The translations under genes were made by a program, and so were the position numbers. A DNA stretch of 64,000 bases from Candidatus Spechtbacterales bacterium (GTDB lineage Bacteria; Patescibacteriota; Minisyncoccia; Spechtbacterales; 2-12-FULL-38-22), in assembly GCA_040879145.1 (NCBI GenBank), contig JBBDKX010000021.1, positions 29,256-93,255 of the forward strand, in the 5' to 3' direction. The notes under the pieces are model-generated. The model had not been told where the DNA came from, did no database searches, and saw nothing but the letters and a program-made list of their open reading frames with translations. Below, piece by piece: positions 26,300 to 35,653 of the stretch (positions are counted from its first letter, which is position 1; each line of letters starts with the position of its first letter).

Positions 26300-28411
26300 A
26301 TGAATCTCTCCACTCCAACAGAAGAAATACAGAGGATAGGCTCAGTTTACGCAAAGCGTCTGAAGAAATTAGGGATTGAGAAGGTCCGGGACCTTCTTTT
26401 TCATTTTCCTTCCCGTTATGAGGACTACTCTAAAATAACGTCCATAGCGAATGTAAACCCAGATGATTTTGTAACCATACAGGGCAAAATAGTGCATATA
26501 TCAGAGAGAAACTCATTTAAGAGAAATTTAAAAATTATAGAAGCCGTAATAGAGGATGAAACAGACACAATAAAGGCAGTCTGGTTTAACCAATCTTATG
26601 TAAAAAATCGGCTTGATACCAACTCCCCAGTGCTTTTGGCGGGAAAAGTAACACACGGCAAAGATGGAATTTATCTGTCTAATCCTGCATCCGAAGTAGT
26701 ACGCTTAGACTCTGTCCCTATACATACAGGGCGCATAGTTCCTATATACCCCGAAACAAGGGGGGTAACTTCCAGATGGCTACGGTATATTATTTATAAA
26801 CTCCTGCCACTTGCCGAAAACATAGAGGACCCTATGCCGGAGGAAATTCTAAAAGCTCACGACCTGCTCCCGCTTAAAGACGCTCTATATACTATACATT
26901 TTCCAGCAAATATGGAGATTGCGCAAAAAGCAAAAAGAAGGTTTGAGTTTGAACAGCTTTTTTATGTTCAACTCTCCGCCTTAAAAACCAAACTAGACCT
27001 GCAAAAAGAAAATTCTCCCAAAATTAAAACGGAGGTAGAACTTACCAAAAAATTTGTAAAATCGCTTCCTTTCACTCTTACAGATTCTCAAAAAAAGGCT
27101 TCATGGCAGATATTAAAAGACATGGAAAGAAAAGTGCCTATGAACAGAATGCTGGAGGGAGACGTGGGAAGCGGCAAAACTATTGTAGCGGCTTTAGCAG
27201 CTTTAAATGTTGCAAAAGCAGGGTTTCAAACAGCTTTAATGGCGCCCACAGAAATACTCGCGGAACAGCATTTTAAATCATTAAGTGAACTTTTTAAAAA
27301 TCAAGATATACAAATTGCTCTTTTTACCCGCAGTCACCAAAAAACTACAATACACGAAAAAAAACTAACAAAAGAAACTATAAAAAAAGAGATAGCAACA
27401 GGCGCGGTAGATTTGATTATAGGCACGCATACTCTCGCGCAAGAAAATGTTAAATTTAAAAATTTAGGACTTGTGGTAATAGATGAACAGCACCGCTTCG
27501 GAGTCTCTTATCGAGCGGCGCTTGCCAAAAAAACAGGGCAATCCTCCTCCGCCAAGGCTTCGGCGAGACACGGAAAATCCTCCCCTATCCCCCATCTTTT
27601 GAGCATGACAGCAACTCCGATACCCAGAAGCTTGGCGCTTACAATATATGGAGATCTTGATATATCCCTGCTAAAAGAGATGCCGGAGGGAAGGAAGGAA
27701 ATAATAACAAAAATAGTTCCGCCATCAAAAAGAAACGAAGCATACAAACTTATACAAAAAGAGCTTGATGTGGGAAGACAGGCCTTTTGCATATTCCCCC
27801 TTATTGAAGTTTCAGAAAAACTGGAGGCAAAAGCGGCAAAAGAAGAGTACGAAAAATTATCAAGCGGACCTTTCAAAAATTACAACGTAGGGCTTTTGCA
27901 TGGAAAAATAAAAGCAAAAGAAAAAGAGGAAATAATGCGCGATATGAAGGAAGGTAAAATAGACTTGCTTGTTGCAACATCGGTTGTAGAGGTTGGTATA
28001 GATATTCCAAACGCCACCATAATGATGGTAGATGGCGCCGAACGTTTTGGATTGGCGCAACTGCACCAGTTCCGGGGAAGAGTAGGGCGTGACAAGCACC
28101 AGTCTTACTGCTTCCTCCTAACAGAATCTAACACAGACAGTACAGCGAAACGCCTCCAAGCCTTGACCAAGGCAAAAAACGGCTTTGAGCTTGCTGAATA
28201 CGACCTGAAGTTCCGTGGCGCGGGAGATCTTTACGGTGTGCGCCAAAGCGGAATGCCAGATATCGCTATGGCATCTTTAAGTAATATGGAGCTTATTGAA
28301 GAGACAAGGGATAGCGCGAACAAAATTCTTGAAAAAGATGGTGATTTAAAAAAATGGACAGTACTAAAAGAAATAGTAGAAGAGATGCAAAAGACTATGC
28401 ACTTTGAGTAA
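26300..28411 (+). CDS. recG: ATP-dependent DNA helicase RecG
   Basis: 703 aa; wedge/OB domain, helicase motif I GDVGSGKT, motif II DEQHRFG, HQFRGRVGR. Confidence 0.85.
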   Translation: MNLSTPTEEIQRIGSVYAKRLKKLGIEKVRDLLFHFPSRYEDYSKITSIANVNPDDFVTIQGKIVHISERNSFKRNLKIIEAVIEDETDTIKAVWFNQSYVKNRLDTNSPVLLAGKVTHGKDGIYLSNPASEVVRLDSVPIHTGRIVPIYPETRGVTSRWLRYIIYKLLPLAENIEDPMPEEILKAHDLLPLKDALYTIHFPANMEIAQKAKRRFEFEQLFYVQLSALKTKLDLQKENSPKIKTEVELTKKFVKSLPFTLTDSQKKASWQILKDMERKVPMNRMLEGDVGSGKTIVAALAALNVAKAGFQTALMAPTEILAEQHFKSLSELFKNQDIQIALFTRSHQKTTIHEKKLTKETIKKEIATGAVDLIIGTHTLAQENVKFKNLGLVVIDEQHRFGVSYRAALAKKTGQSSSAKASARHGKSSPIPHLLSMTATPIPRSLALTIYGDLDISLLKEMPEGRKEIITKIVPPSKRNEAYKLIQKELDVGRQAFCIFPLIEVSEKLEAKAAKEEYEKLSSGPFKNYNVGLLHGKIKAKEKEEIMRDMKEGKIDLLVATSVVEVGIDIPNATIMMVDGAERFGLAQLHQFRGRVGRDKHQSYCFLLTESNTDSTAKRLQALTKAKNGFELAEYDLKFRGAGDLYGVRQSGMPDIAMASLSNMELIEETRDSANKILEKDGDLKKWTVLKEIVEEMQKTMHFE

Positions 28412-28450
28412 ATTGATAAAACTGATAATAGTTGATTCACGCTGAAAACA

Positions 28451-28483
28451 AAAACGATTGAAGTTAAACTTCAATCGTTTTTA
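28451..28483 (+). terminator. Rho-independent terminator hairpin after recG
   Basis: AAAAACGATTGAAGTTAAACTTCAATCGTTTTT. Confidence 0.55.
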
Positions 28484-28560
28484 TAAGTCGTACGCTTTTC
28501 GGCGACTATTGCTAATAAAGTGTGTATATCTCATATATCTTCATTATGAGGTATTGCACT

Positions 28561-29184
28561 TCAAACGAAACTAGAGAGATAAAGCTCTCCCTTTATCTTG
28601 CCCTCTTCTCTCATTTTTATCAGTTTTCCTCTTAAGTCAGGAGTTAGGGATGAGCAGCCTGTAAAATAAGCATCTCCGTTGAATATAATATTGTCGGGTA
28701 TTTCTTTGAGAGATGTGCAGCCTCCAAAATAAGCCCTTCTTTCAAAGGTTGTGTTGTCGGGTATTTCTTTGAGAGATGTGCAGTGCCCAAAATTAGCATC
28801 TCCTTCAAAGGTTGTGTTGTCGGGTATTTCTTTTAATGTTTCCGCATAGGGACTAAAATCTATATTCTTGGACACGATGATCTTCTCTTTTTCTGTATCT
28901 ATTTTAAAATTGGCTTCAATAAATTCTCCCGCCTCCTCTTCGCTGTTACCCAGGTTTTCCCGCGCCCATTGTATGAGTTTTTCTTTTTCTCTTTCTGGGT
29001 TGAACTCCTGTTCTTGAGCGCCACTATCTGCATTATCATATTTTTCTAATTCATCTAGATCTTGAGGATCATCATCCTGAGGCATCGCACCTCCTAGTTT
29101 TTCTATACTCATAATATTAAAATTTAATTCTACTCTTCCATAATACCCCCCCCGACCTAAAAATGCAAGCGTTTTTATACACAA
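28561..29184 (-). CDS. Leucine-rich-repeat (BspA/TpLRR-like) repeat protein; true start uncertain (29184 or 29112)
   Basis: 21-aa repeats IPDNTTFEGDANFGHCTSLKE x3; 63-bp nucleotide tandem repeats. Confidence 0.5.
   Translation of the reverse strand: MCIKTLAFLGRGGYYGRVELNFNIMSIEKLGGAMPQDDDPQDLDELEKYDNADSGAQEQEFNPEREKEKLIQWARENLGNSEEEAGEFIEANFKIDTEKEKIIVSKNIDFSPYAETLKEIPDNTTFEGDANFGHCTSLKEIPDNTTFERRAYFGGCTSLKEIPDNIIFNGDAYFTGCSSLTPDLRGKLIKMREEGKIKGELYLSSFV
28681..28828. repeat. 63-bp tandem repeats (about 2.3 copies plus a degenerate copy upstream) inside LRR gene
   Basis: TTGTCGGGTATTTCTTTGAGAGATGTGCAG... repeated. Confidence 0.85.
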
Positions 29185-29246
29185 AATTAATCTTAGCTCA
29201 TGAAGCTTTTTAATCTATGCACTATCCGTAAGTTAAATACTCGCCA

Positions 29247-29312
29247 TACAACAAGTACAACCTATTAAAAGAGAGACGGCCGTCTCTCTTTTAATAGGTT
29301 GTACTTGTTGTA
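29247..29312. repeat. 66-bp perfect palindrome (33+33, no loop)
   Basis: Checked base-by-base: 29247..29279 is the reverse complement of 29280..29312. Confidence 0.9.
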
Positions 29313-29388
29313 CAAAGCGCGGCACAAAAAAGAATGACCCATACATGTGAGTCATTATTTTTTGTAAGTAATCTAAAATATATTATGC

Positions 29389-29670
29389 TTATAGCACTTT
29401 ATCTTTCTTCTTTTTACTGGAATACTGGTGCAAAAGAGAACTTATAAGCGTTTGGTAAGGCATGCCTTTTTCCACAGCTATTGCCTTTAACTTTTGAAGG
29501 TCGCGCTCAGAAAGGCGAATATTGATGCTCTTGGACTTGCCGAGAGTATTCTTGGCATACTTACCATAGCGCTCCTTTTCTTTTTCAATACCGCGCACAC
29601 GCTTTAATTCCTCTTTGTCAAAATCTTCCAGTATCTTTTTTTCTTCTTTATTTAATTTAATGTTGTCCAT
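29389..29670 (-). CDS. brnA: BrnA-family antitoxin (CopG/RHH-like)
   Basis: 93 aa; INIRLSERDLQKLKAIAVEKGMPYQTLISSLLHQY; immediately downstream of BrnT. Confidence 0.65.
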   Translation of the reverse strand: MDNIKLNKEEKKILEDFDKEELKRVRGIEKEKERYGKYAKNTLGKSKSINIRLSERDLQKLKAIAVEKGMPYQTLISSLLHQYSSKKKKDKVL

Positions 29671-29675
29671 ATGTT

Positions 29676-29951
29676 TTAATTTAAGTTTATGTAATTTTGG
29701 GTTGCCTTGCGGCTGGGAATAATGGTCTTTAAAAATATTTTTTCTTCATCTTCAACAAACGGAACCAGATACGCGTAATCCTCTACACCTACAACAAATA
29801 TTCGCTGCTGAGGATATTTTTCTTTATTATGATGTTCCAAAATATCCAAAAGGCCACCTTCGTTAATAGCCACCAACACCTCCTCAAAACTTATTCTTCT
29901 TTCCTTAATAAGTTGTTCGTTTTTCTCCGGGTCCCAGTCAAAATATTTCAT
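29676..29951 (-). CDS. brnT: BrnT-family toxin (DUF497)
   Basis: 91 aa; MKYFDWDPEKNEQLIKERRISFEEVLVAI pattern typical of BrnT. Confidence 0.65.
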   Translation of the reverse strand: MKYFDWDPEKNEQLIKERRISFEEVLVAINEGGLLDILEHHNKEKYPQQRIFVVGVEDYAYLVPFVEDEEKIFLKTIIPSRKATQNYINLN

Positions 29952-30306
29952 ATTGCTTTATATACATTGTATATACATTATTTATGAGTGTCAAGTGAAA
30001 AATCGGTTTCTGGATTAACTTGTACTTCCTTGTGCGCTACAAGTGATTTTGATATTTGGATGAAGCGCAAGGAAGCGCCGAGCAACGGAACGGAGCTTAG
30101 TTACTGCTAAGTGGAGTGAGTAGCGCAGGTACTGACACAGCGGTTCGCCAAATAGGAAATCGCTACTCCTCGCGATGCTTCGGAGTAACCCATCCCCACG
30201 GTCACTTGATTTTCCCCGACCCCCTTCTTTTAAAACCTTGCGGTTTCAACATTTTGCGCCTACTGGCGCAAAACTACTTCCACCACGGGGAAAATCGGTT
30301 TCTGGC

Positions 30307-31905
30307 TTACTCCTCTCGAAACTTCGGAGTAACCCAGAAACCCATATACTTACCGAACATTAACCTCGTTTGGGCCTCTATGGCGGGGAAAGCGCCGAAT
30401 ATTATTAAGTGAAAAGGAATTAAGAGCCACTGGAGAACCATAATTACATACTTATGCTTTCCGTATTTTGGAGGACGCGGAGGTAAAAGCAAAATACTCA
30501 AATATGCGGACGAGACAAGACCAATCATAGCTATGGTTAAAAGCCAGCGAACAGTAACTAACTGATTATATGACTGTAATGTGCTGTTATACTCATCACC
30601 TCCTAAAACAAGGGGCAACCAACCCATTATAAACAATAGTAAGGCATGTGTTGCCCAGGAGTAAAATCCCTCTATTTTATTAAACGCGTGGCGGAAAAAC
30701 GACCAGAAAGGAATAATATTACCATTATCTCCTGACAACTTAGCGTTTTTGTGCGACTTATAATACCCAAACAGAAGATAAGGAATATTCTCCGCCCCGT
30801 AAGCCCACCTGCGCATTTGTTTATATATATTTTTTAAAGTCTTAAAATAGGAACCTGCAACATTGGCGTCCATTGCCACAGGATAATACAGGCTTGTAAC
30901 CCGGTAATCTCCGCCATATTTTAAAAAGCATTGAAAAAATATCCTAGAATCTTCCGAAACCACATTTGTCTGCCAGAAGCCCACATCTACAAGTGTCTTA
31001 AATGGCATAGAATGAGACGAAAAAGTTGTTTGCTTCTCAGGCCGCTCCTGGCTTAAGGTGTGCCAAAAGGTGGTAGAAAACGCGCTTATCCTGCTTAAAG
31101 CCGGGGCTTGCCATATGTTATTTATAAACATTGGGATTGGCTGATAGCTTGAGCGATAAGGGTTTTCAATTGTGAGAAAATGATAACTTAAGCAGGAAAA
31201 ATATCTAGGGTAAACAACGGTATCCACATCAAATGTAGATACAAGAATATTGTCATAAGGAATATTGTGGGTATCTAGTACCTCCTCTTTAACTCTTTTT
31301 GCGGCCCATGTTTCATTTGAACCCTTACCTGCAACTTCACCGGGCAAACCCTCCGGATGGCGTGTTACAAAAATCTTATAAAATTTATCACCATATTTTT
31401 TCTCAATTCGCGCAGCAACATCTAAAGCATGCTCCCCTGCCCTCTCTTCTGTTGCTAAAACAACTATCATCTTCTCCTTTGGCCAATCTGTATCAAGCAA
31501 AGACTCAAACGAGCCATCCACTATTTCAAATGACTCTGTGTACATAGGCAAAATAACAAGATGCCAGATGTCACTCCAGTCACCAACTTTTGCTTTATAG
31601 CTTTCCCTGGGTAAATGTTTTAATTTTTCTATCCAGTTTATCTTTTCGTGACGAAGCATTATCTTATAAGCGCTTCTTGTGTGAATAGCCAAATAAACAG
31701 ATTTTAAAAGCCAAAAGAAAGCAAACGCGATAATAAGCATGCTCATCCACAAGGGCTTCCGCCATGAAAGAAACACAACAAAAATAAAAGTAAACCAAAC
31801 CAAAAAGCCGGGTATCATCTCAAATGCCCTATATAATCTTCTCTCTTTTTTATCTTTTATGTCGGCGGCACGACCAACAAACAAATGTTTATACGAGTCT
31901 TCCAT
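30307..31905 (-). CDS. Membrane glycosyltransferase family 2 (processive synthase-like)
   Basis: 532 aa; N- and C-terminal TM helices, DVDT, QMRRW (QxxRW) motif. Confidence 0.7.
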   Translation of the reverse strand: MEDSYKHLFVGRAADIKDKKERRLYRAFEMIPGFLVWFTFIFVVFLSWRKPLWMSMLIIAFAFFWLLKSVYLAIHTRSAYKIMLRHEKINWIEKLKHLPRESYKAKVGDWSDIWHLVILPMYTESFEIVDGSFESLLDTDWPKEKMIVVLATEERAGEHALDVAARIEKKYGDKFYKIFVTRHPEGLPGEVAGKGSNETWAAKRVKEEVLDTHNIPYDNILVSTFDVDTVVYPRYFSCLSYHFLTIENPYRSSYQPIPMFINNIWQAPALSRISAFSTTFWHTLSQERPEKQTTFSSHSMPFKTLVDVGFWQTNVVSEDSRIFFQCFLKYGGDYRVTSLYYPVAMDANVAGSYFKTLKNIYKQMRRWAYGAENIPYLLFGYYKSHKNAKLSGDNGNIIPFWSFFRHAFNKIEGFYSWATHALLLFIMGWLPLVLGGDEYNSTLQSYNQLVTVRWLLTIAMIGLVSSAYLSILLLPPRPPKYGKHKYVIMVLQWLLIPFHLIIFGAFPAIEAQTRLMFGKYMGFWVTPKFREE

Positions 31906-31945
31906 TACAGTGTATTAGTGTACACAATTAAACGCTGTTTTGCAA

Positions 31946-31970
31946 TAAAAAAACCCCGTAAATACGGGGT
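31946..31970 (-). terminator. Rho-independent terminator (CCCCGTAAATACGGGG + T-run on minus strand)
   Basis: Hairpin directly downstream of 31971..32444. Confidence 0.6.
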
Positions 31971-32444
31971 TCAATTTCTTGCCAAAATTTTAAAACACCA
32001 TGAAATAGCCTTTTCCTCTGCCTGTATTTCACATGTCCTTTCTTCATAATCTTTGGAGTAATCAATCTTAATTCCCTCGAAACCTTGAAGTGTGTGTGTA
32101 AGTTCATGAAACAGCGTCTCAAGAAAATCGCGCTCATCTTTTATGCTTTTAACAAACACAACAATGTCTCCCCAGGCAAAAGCGTTGCCTTCATCTTCTC
32201 TAAAGGTATGCGAGGCACGCCCCCACACCTTAGATTTTCTAAAAAGTATGGCAACTCTTCGCTCCTTACACAAAGGAAAGCCCTCTTCTTCAAAAAATTT
32301 CTCAATGTATTCAATGAGGCGCTCTTTTGATACGAATTTTTTGGCAAAACCAAAATGTCCCAAAAGAATGTAAGGATGTTCTGATAACTCAAAAAGGTCG
32401 GGGTCGTCATGACCTGTCATTACATAATCCGGGGCATCTTTCAA
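31971..32444 (-). CDS. Putative HExxH zinc metallopeptidase-like protein
   Basis: 157 aa; HELTHTLQ motif. Confidence 0.4.
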   Translation of the reverse strand: MKDAPDYVMTGHDDPDLFELSEHPYILLGHFGFAKKFVSKERLIEYIEKFFEEEGFPLCKERRVAILFRKSKVWGRASHTFREDEGNAFAWGDIVVFVKSIKDERDFLETLFHELTHTLQGFEGIKIDYSKDYEERTCEIQAEEKAISWCFKILARN

Positions 32445-32540
32445 GTTAAACCTCCTTTATTGTATAAAGTAACTGCTTTGTCTATATCACAGAAAAAATT
32501 TTATGTCCAATATTAACGCTTTTAAACTACCTGCAAACCA

Positions 32541-32575
32541 AAATAAAAACCCCCTGCTACCAGGGGGTTAAAAAT
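32541..32575 (-). terminator. Rho-independent terminator (CCCCCTGCTACCAGGGGG)
   Basis: Hairpin plus T-run downstream of spoVR-like gene. Confidence 0.6.
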
Positions 32576-32582
32576 TAAAGTG

Positions 32583-34253
32583 CTAATCATCAGAATCTTC
32601 AACAGTTTTCTCTTTTTCTGTGTGATTTTTTCCATCATAAGAATGTACTATCACGCGCATATTTCTCATTACAACAACTTCAGATTTTCCATGCTTTGGC
32701 TTTACTTCCACCTCTTTTTCATCTAATATCTCTACAGTTTCCAGATGCACGGGCTTGCTCCACATTCTGTAAATGTGCTCAAGAGTTCCCGATTCAAACC
32801 TCGGATCAAGCTCAAATCCTGTGAAATGATGCTTCAGGTAAAGCTCGCCTCTGCGTTTGTAATTTCCATCTTCAACAGTAACCAGAGGGCTGTTGTAAAG
32901 GCCGTGGAAGTTCTTCAACTGTTGTCTTATAACTTCCGGGCGGTCTTCAACAATGACATCCACATATTCGCCATTCCAGTAAACCTGTTCCCAAATATAC
33001 AGCTCCTGTTCTCTTATGAACTCGTCTGTAAAAAATTCCTCTATTGCCATCCTGTCGCTATAAGCAGTTCTTATTTCAAAAAGCTTTTCTCTGCCTTTCA
33101 TAGCTCCCATATCCCAGGTTAAATGCTTACGCGGGTCATTAGAGTCTTCATACTCTATACCGAACTGTCCTTTATTCCATCTATCTTCAACATACCCGTA
33201 CATGGCAACACCAATCCTGTACCAGTTCATAGATTTTTTGTTTTCCGCTAAGACTGCAGAGTTATACTGGTTGAAAACTCCATGCTCTCTTTCAGTTAAA
33301 AGACCTTCTTCAAAAAGTTGTCTGATTATCTTCGTGTGCCAGTAAGTGGCCCAACCTTCGTTAAGAAGTTTTGTTCTCCTTTGTGGAGCAAGATATCTTG
33401 CCTGGTGTCTTACAACCTGCAATACGTCGCGCTCCCAGTCGCGCAAGGGCTTTGGAGAGTGGTCTGTAATGTATTTGAGAACATCGTGCGTTGGCACGGG
33501 GGGTGTTCGGTATTTCAATCTCTTAAGACGGGAGTTTATACTGATTAATTCTTTATCAGTATAATTTTTCAAGTTAAACTCGGAGCTTAATCCGCCTTTT
33601 GCTCTTTCCAGTTTTGCGCGTTCTCTTTCCATAAGATCTTCTCTTACCGCTTCTTCATCAAGATCTTCCGCGAACGGATCAGGATCCTGAATCCACTGAA
33701 TCGTCATAGCGGCATCTATCATCTGCTCTACGGCATCTACACCGTATATTTTTTCATATTCCTGAAAACGCTTTGCGGCATTGCGCGCTTCACGCGCCAT
33801 GTCCGCGATTTCACGACCGCGATTTAGATACCTGCTTCCCAGAAAGAAATCAACATGGCCATAAACATGACACAAGATAACAACATTCAACGCAAACGGG
33901 TTGGTGTCTACAAGAAAGGCGCGCGGAGTATCAAAATTCCACACAACCTCGTAAGGTATTCCCGCACCCGTATGGTCATAAATTGTCCTCTGTCTCTCAA
34001 AGTCGCGTCCGCGACTCCAGTGTGAAAAGTTGGTTGGAAACCCGTAAGCCATGGCTTCTATCATTCTTTTTGGAGGTACAAGTTCAAAAATAATCTCAGT
34101 TGTTATAAGCCCGTTTTCTTGTGCTATCTCATGAACTCTTTTTTCTATGGTTTTTAAGCGTTCTATCTCCTCTCTATTCACTTTGACCACCTCTCTCTGT
34201 AAAGAAATTCGCGAATAACTGCCCATAACTGTTCTTTTTCTTCTATCTTGCAC
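32583..34253 (-). CDS. SpoVR/YcgB family protein
   Basis: 556 aa; third gene of conserved prkA-yeaH-ycgB module. Confidence 0.7.
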   Translation of the reverse strand: MQDRRKRTVMGSYSRISLQREVVKVNREEIERLKTIEKRVHEIAQENGLITTEIIFELVPPKRMIEAMAYGFPTNFSHWSRGRDFERQRTIYDHTGAGIPYEVVWNFDTPRAFLVDTNPFALNVVILCHVYGHVDFFLGSRYLNRGREIADMAREARNAAKRFQEYEKIYGVDAVEQMIDAAMTIQWIQDPDPFAEDLDEEAVREDLMERERAKLERAKGGLSSEFNLKNYTDKELISINSRLKRLKYRTPPVPTHDVLKYITDHSPKPLRDWERDVLQVVRHQARYLAPQRRTKLLNEGWATYWHTKIIRQLFEEGLLTEREHGVFNQYNSAVLAENKKSMNWYRIGVAMYGYVEDRWNKGQFGIEYEDSNDPRKHLTWDMGAMKGREKLFEIRTAYSDRMAIEEFFTDEFIREQELYIWEQVYWNGEYVDVIVEDRPEVIRQQLKNFHGLYNSPLVTVEDGNYKRRGELYLKHHFTGFELDPRFESGTLEHIYRMWSKPVHLETVEILDEKEVEVKPKHGKSEVVVMRNMRVIVHSYDGKNHTEKEKTVEDSDD

Positions 34254-35557
34254 CCTATGAAAGGATATTCTCCCGAACCAACAATCATGTCTTCACCATC
34301 TCCGCCATCAGAACCCACATGGTTAAGAGGCATATTTAGATAAAACTCATTAAAGAGATTGCTCATGCTTTTGAAATATTCATCCACATGAATTTCCGCG
34401 TAACCAAACATGTTTATCTTCAACTTCTCTATCATCATCTTGGCGCCCTCAACAGCTTTTTCAGGGTTGAAGTCCCACCCGTCGGAAAATTGAAAAACAT
34501 AAACATTCCATTGTTTGGTTGGATACTGCGTCTCTATCAGGTCAATGGCCTTTTTATGCGCCTCATAAGCCACAGTACCACCGCTCTCCATGGTGTGAAA
34601 AGCGGTGTGTTCATCTACAATCCTCGCGGTTGAGTGGTAAATTATAAAGCGTATTTCCACATTGTCGTAAATCTTGCGCAAAAACTCCGTGAGCCAAAAC
34701 GCGATAGAACGAGCGAGATACTTCTTTACAGTGGTCATAGACCCCGAAACATCCAGCTCTATAATTATTACAGCATTGGATTCGTGAGTAGTCTGCTCCT
34801 CAAGATTGTGAAATCTTAGGTCTTCTTCTTCAAATATGGGGAAGGGATTGATGTCGTCTTCATCCCAATCATCATCTTCTCCGGCTAAAAATTCCGCATC
34901 CGACAAGAGCTCTCTTGCCTCATTAAGGTTTCCGTTAGAATCCTCAAGGGCTTTAGCGCAAAGGAATTTATTCTTTCCTGTTTCATCTTCCAGTATGTCC
35001 AAAAGCATATAAAAACGCTTGATACCTTCTCTGGCCGTCCTTTTTTTGAAAAGAAGGGCCGGAGGACCGCTCTTTCGCAATCCTGATATCTTAAATCCCA
35101 TATCAATTTCCAGCTGTTCTACATCCTTCTTTTCAATGTTAGGCAGCCCGAGATCTTCAAGCATCATCTCTATAACTTCTTCGATATCAATCTCTGTTTC
35201 AATGAAATCTTCTCCGGGCTCTTCTCCGGCTTCTCCGGGCTCTCCCCCTCCACCGGGAGCGGGTTTGCGACCTATAACATCGCCTTGCTTGCCTTTGCCT
35301 TGGCCTATGCCACCTCCACCGGGATTGGCTCCCGAACCACCACCCTCTTCTTTCTTCCTTTTTCCCGGACGCAAGTCCGGAATAACAACACCTCTAATAG
35401 GTACTTTAACTTTTCTGCCCTTTTTATCGGTAATTATGTTTTCTTCAGAAATTATGTCGGGAAGTTTTTTGCGAATTATCTCTCTCTGCTTGTCTCTATG
35501 GCGCTTAGCGTCTTTTCTGCCGCGCTCACCCTTTGGACTTGAATGCACTATTGGCAT
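34178..35557 (-). CDS. YeaH/YhbH family protein (DUF444, vWA-like)
   Basis: 459 aa; Gly-rich linker, C-terminal vWA-like IIELDVSGSM. Confidence 0.7.
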   Translation of the reverse strand: MPIVHSSPKGERGRKDAKRHRDKQREIIRKKLPDIISEENIITDKKGRKVKVPIRGVVIPDLRPGKRKKEEGGGSGANPGGGGIGQGKGKQGDVIGRKPAPGGGGEPGEAGEEPGEDFIETEIDIEEVIEMMLEDLGLPNIEKKDVEQLEIDMGFKISGLRKSGPPALLFKKRTAREGIKRFYMLLDILEDETGKNKFLCAKALEDSNGNLNEARELLSDAEFLAGEDDDWDEDDINPFPIFEEEDLRFHNLEEQTTHESNAVIIIELDVSGSMTTVKKYLARSIAFWLTEFLRKIYDNVEIRFIIYHSTARIVDEHTAFHTMESGGTVAYEAHKKAIDLIETQYPTKQWNVYVFQFSDGWDFNPEKAVEGAKMMIEKLKINMFGYAEIHVDEYFKSMSNLFNEFYLNMPLNHVGSDGGDGEDMIVGSGEYPFIGCKIEEKEQLWAVIREFLYRERWSK

Positions 35558-35653
35558 TGCACTCCTCCTTTCTTATTGAGTGTCGTGTTAAAAAATAGGC
35601 GGGGTTCCCGACGCTCCCAGAAGGAACGCCGGGAAATCCCCGCCATAAGTACA

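Noticed and set aside
30040-30400. RNase P RNA or tmRNA in the structured intergenic region
   Set aside because: No GGAAAGUCCGG/P4 pairing partner, no tRNA-like 3' end or tag-peptide frame; only superficial resemblance (CAGAAACCC).
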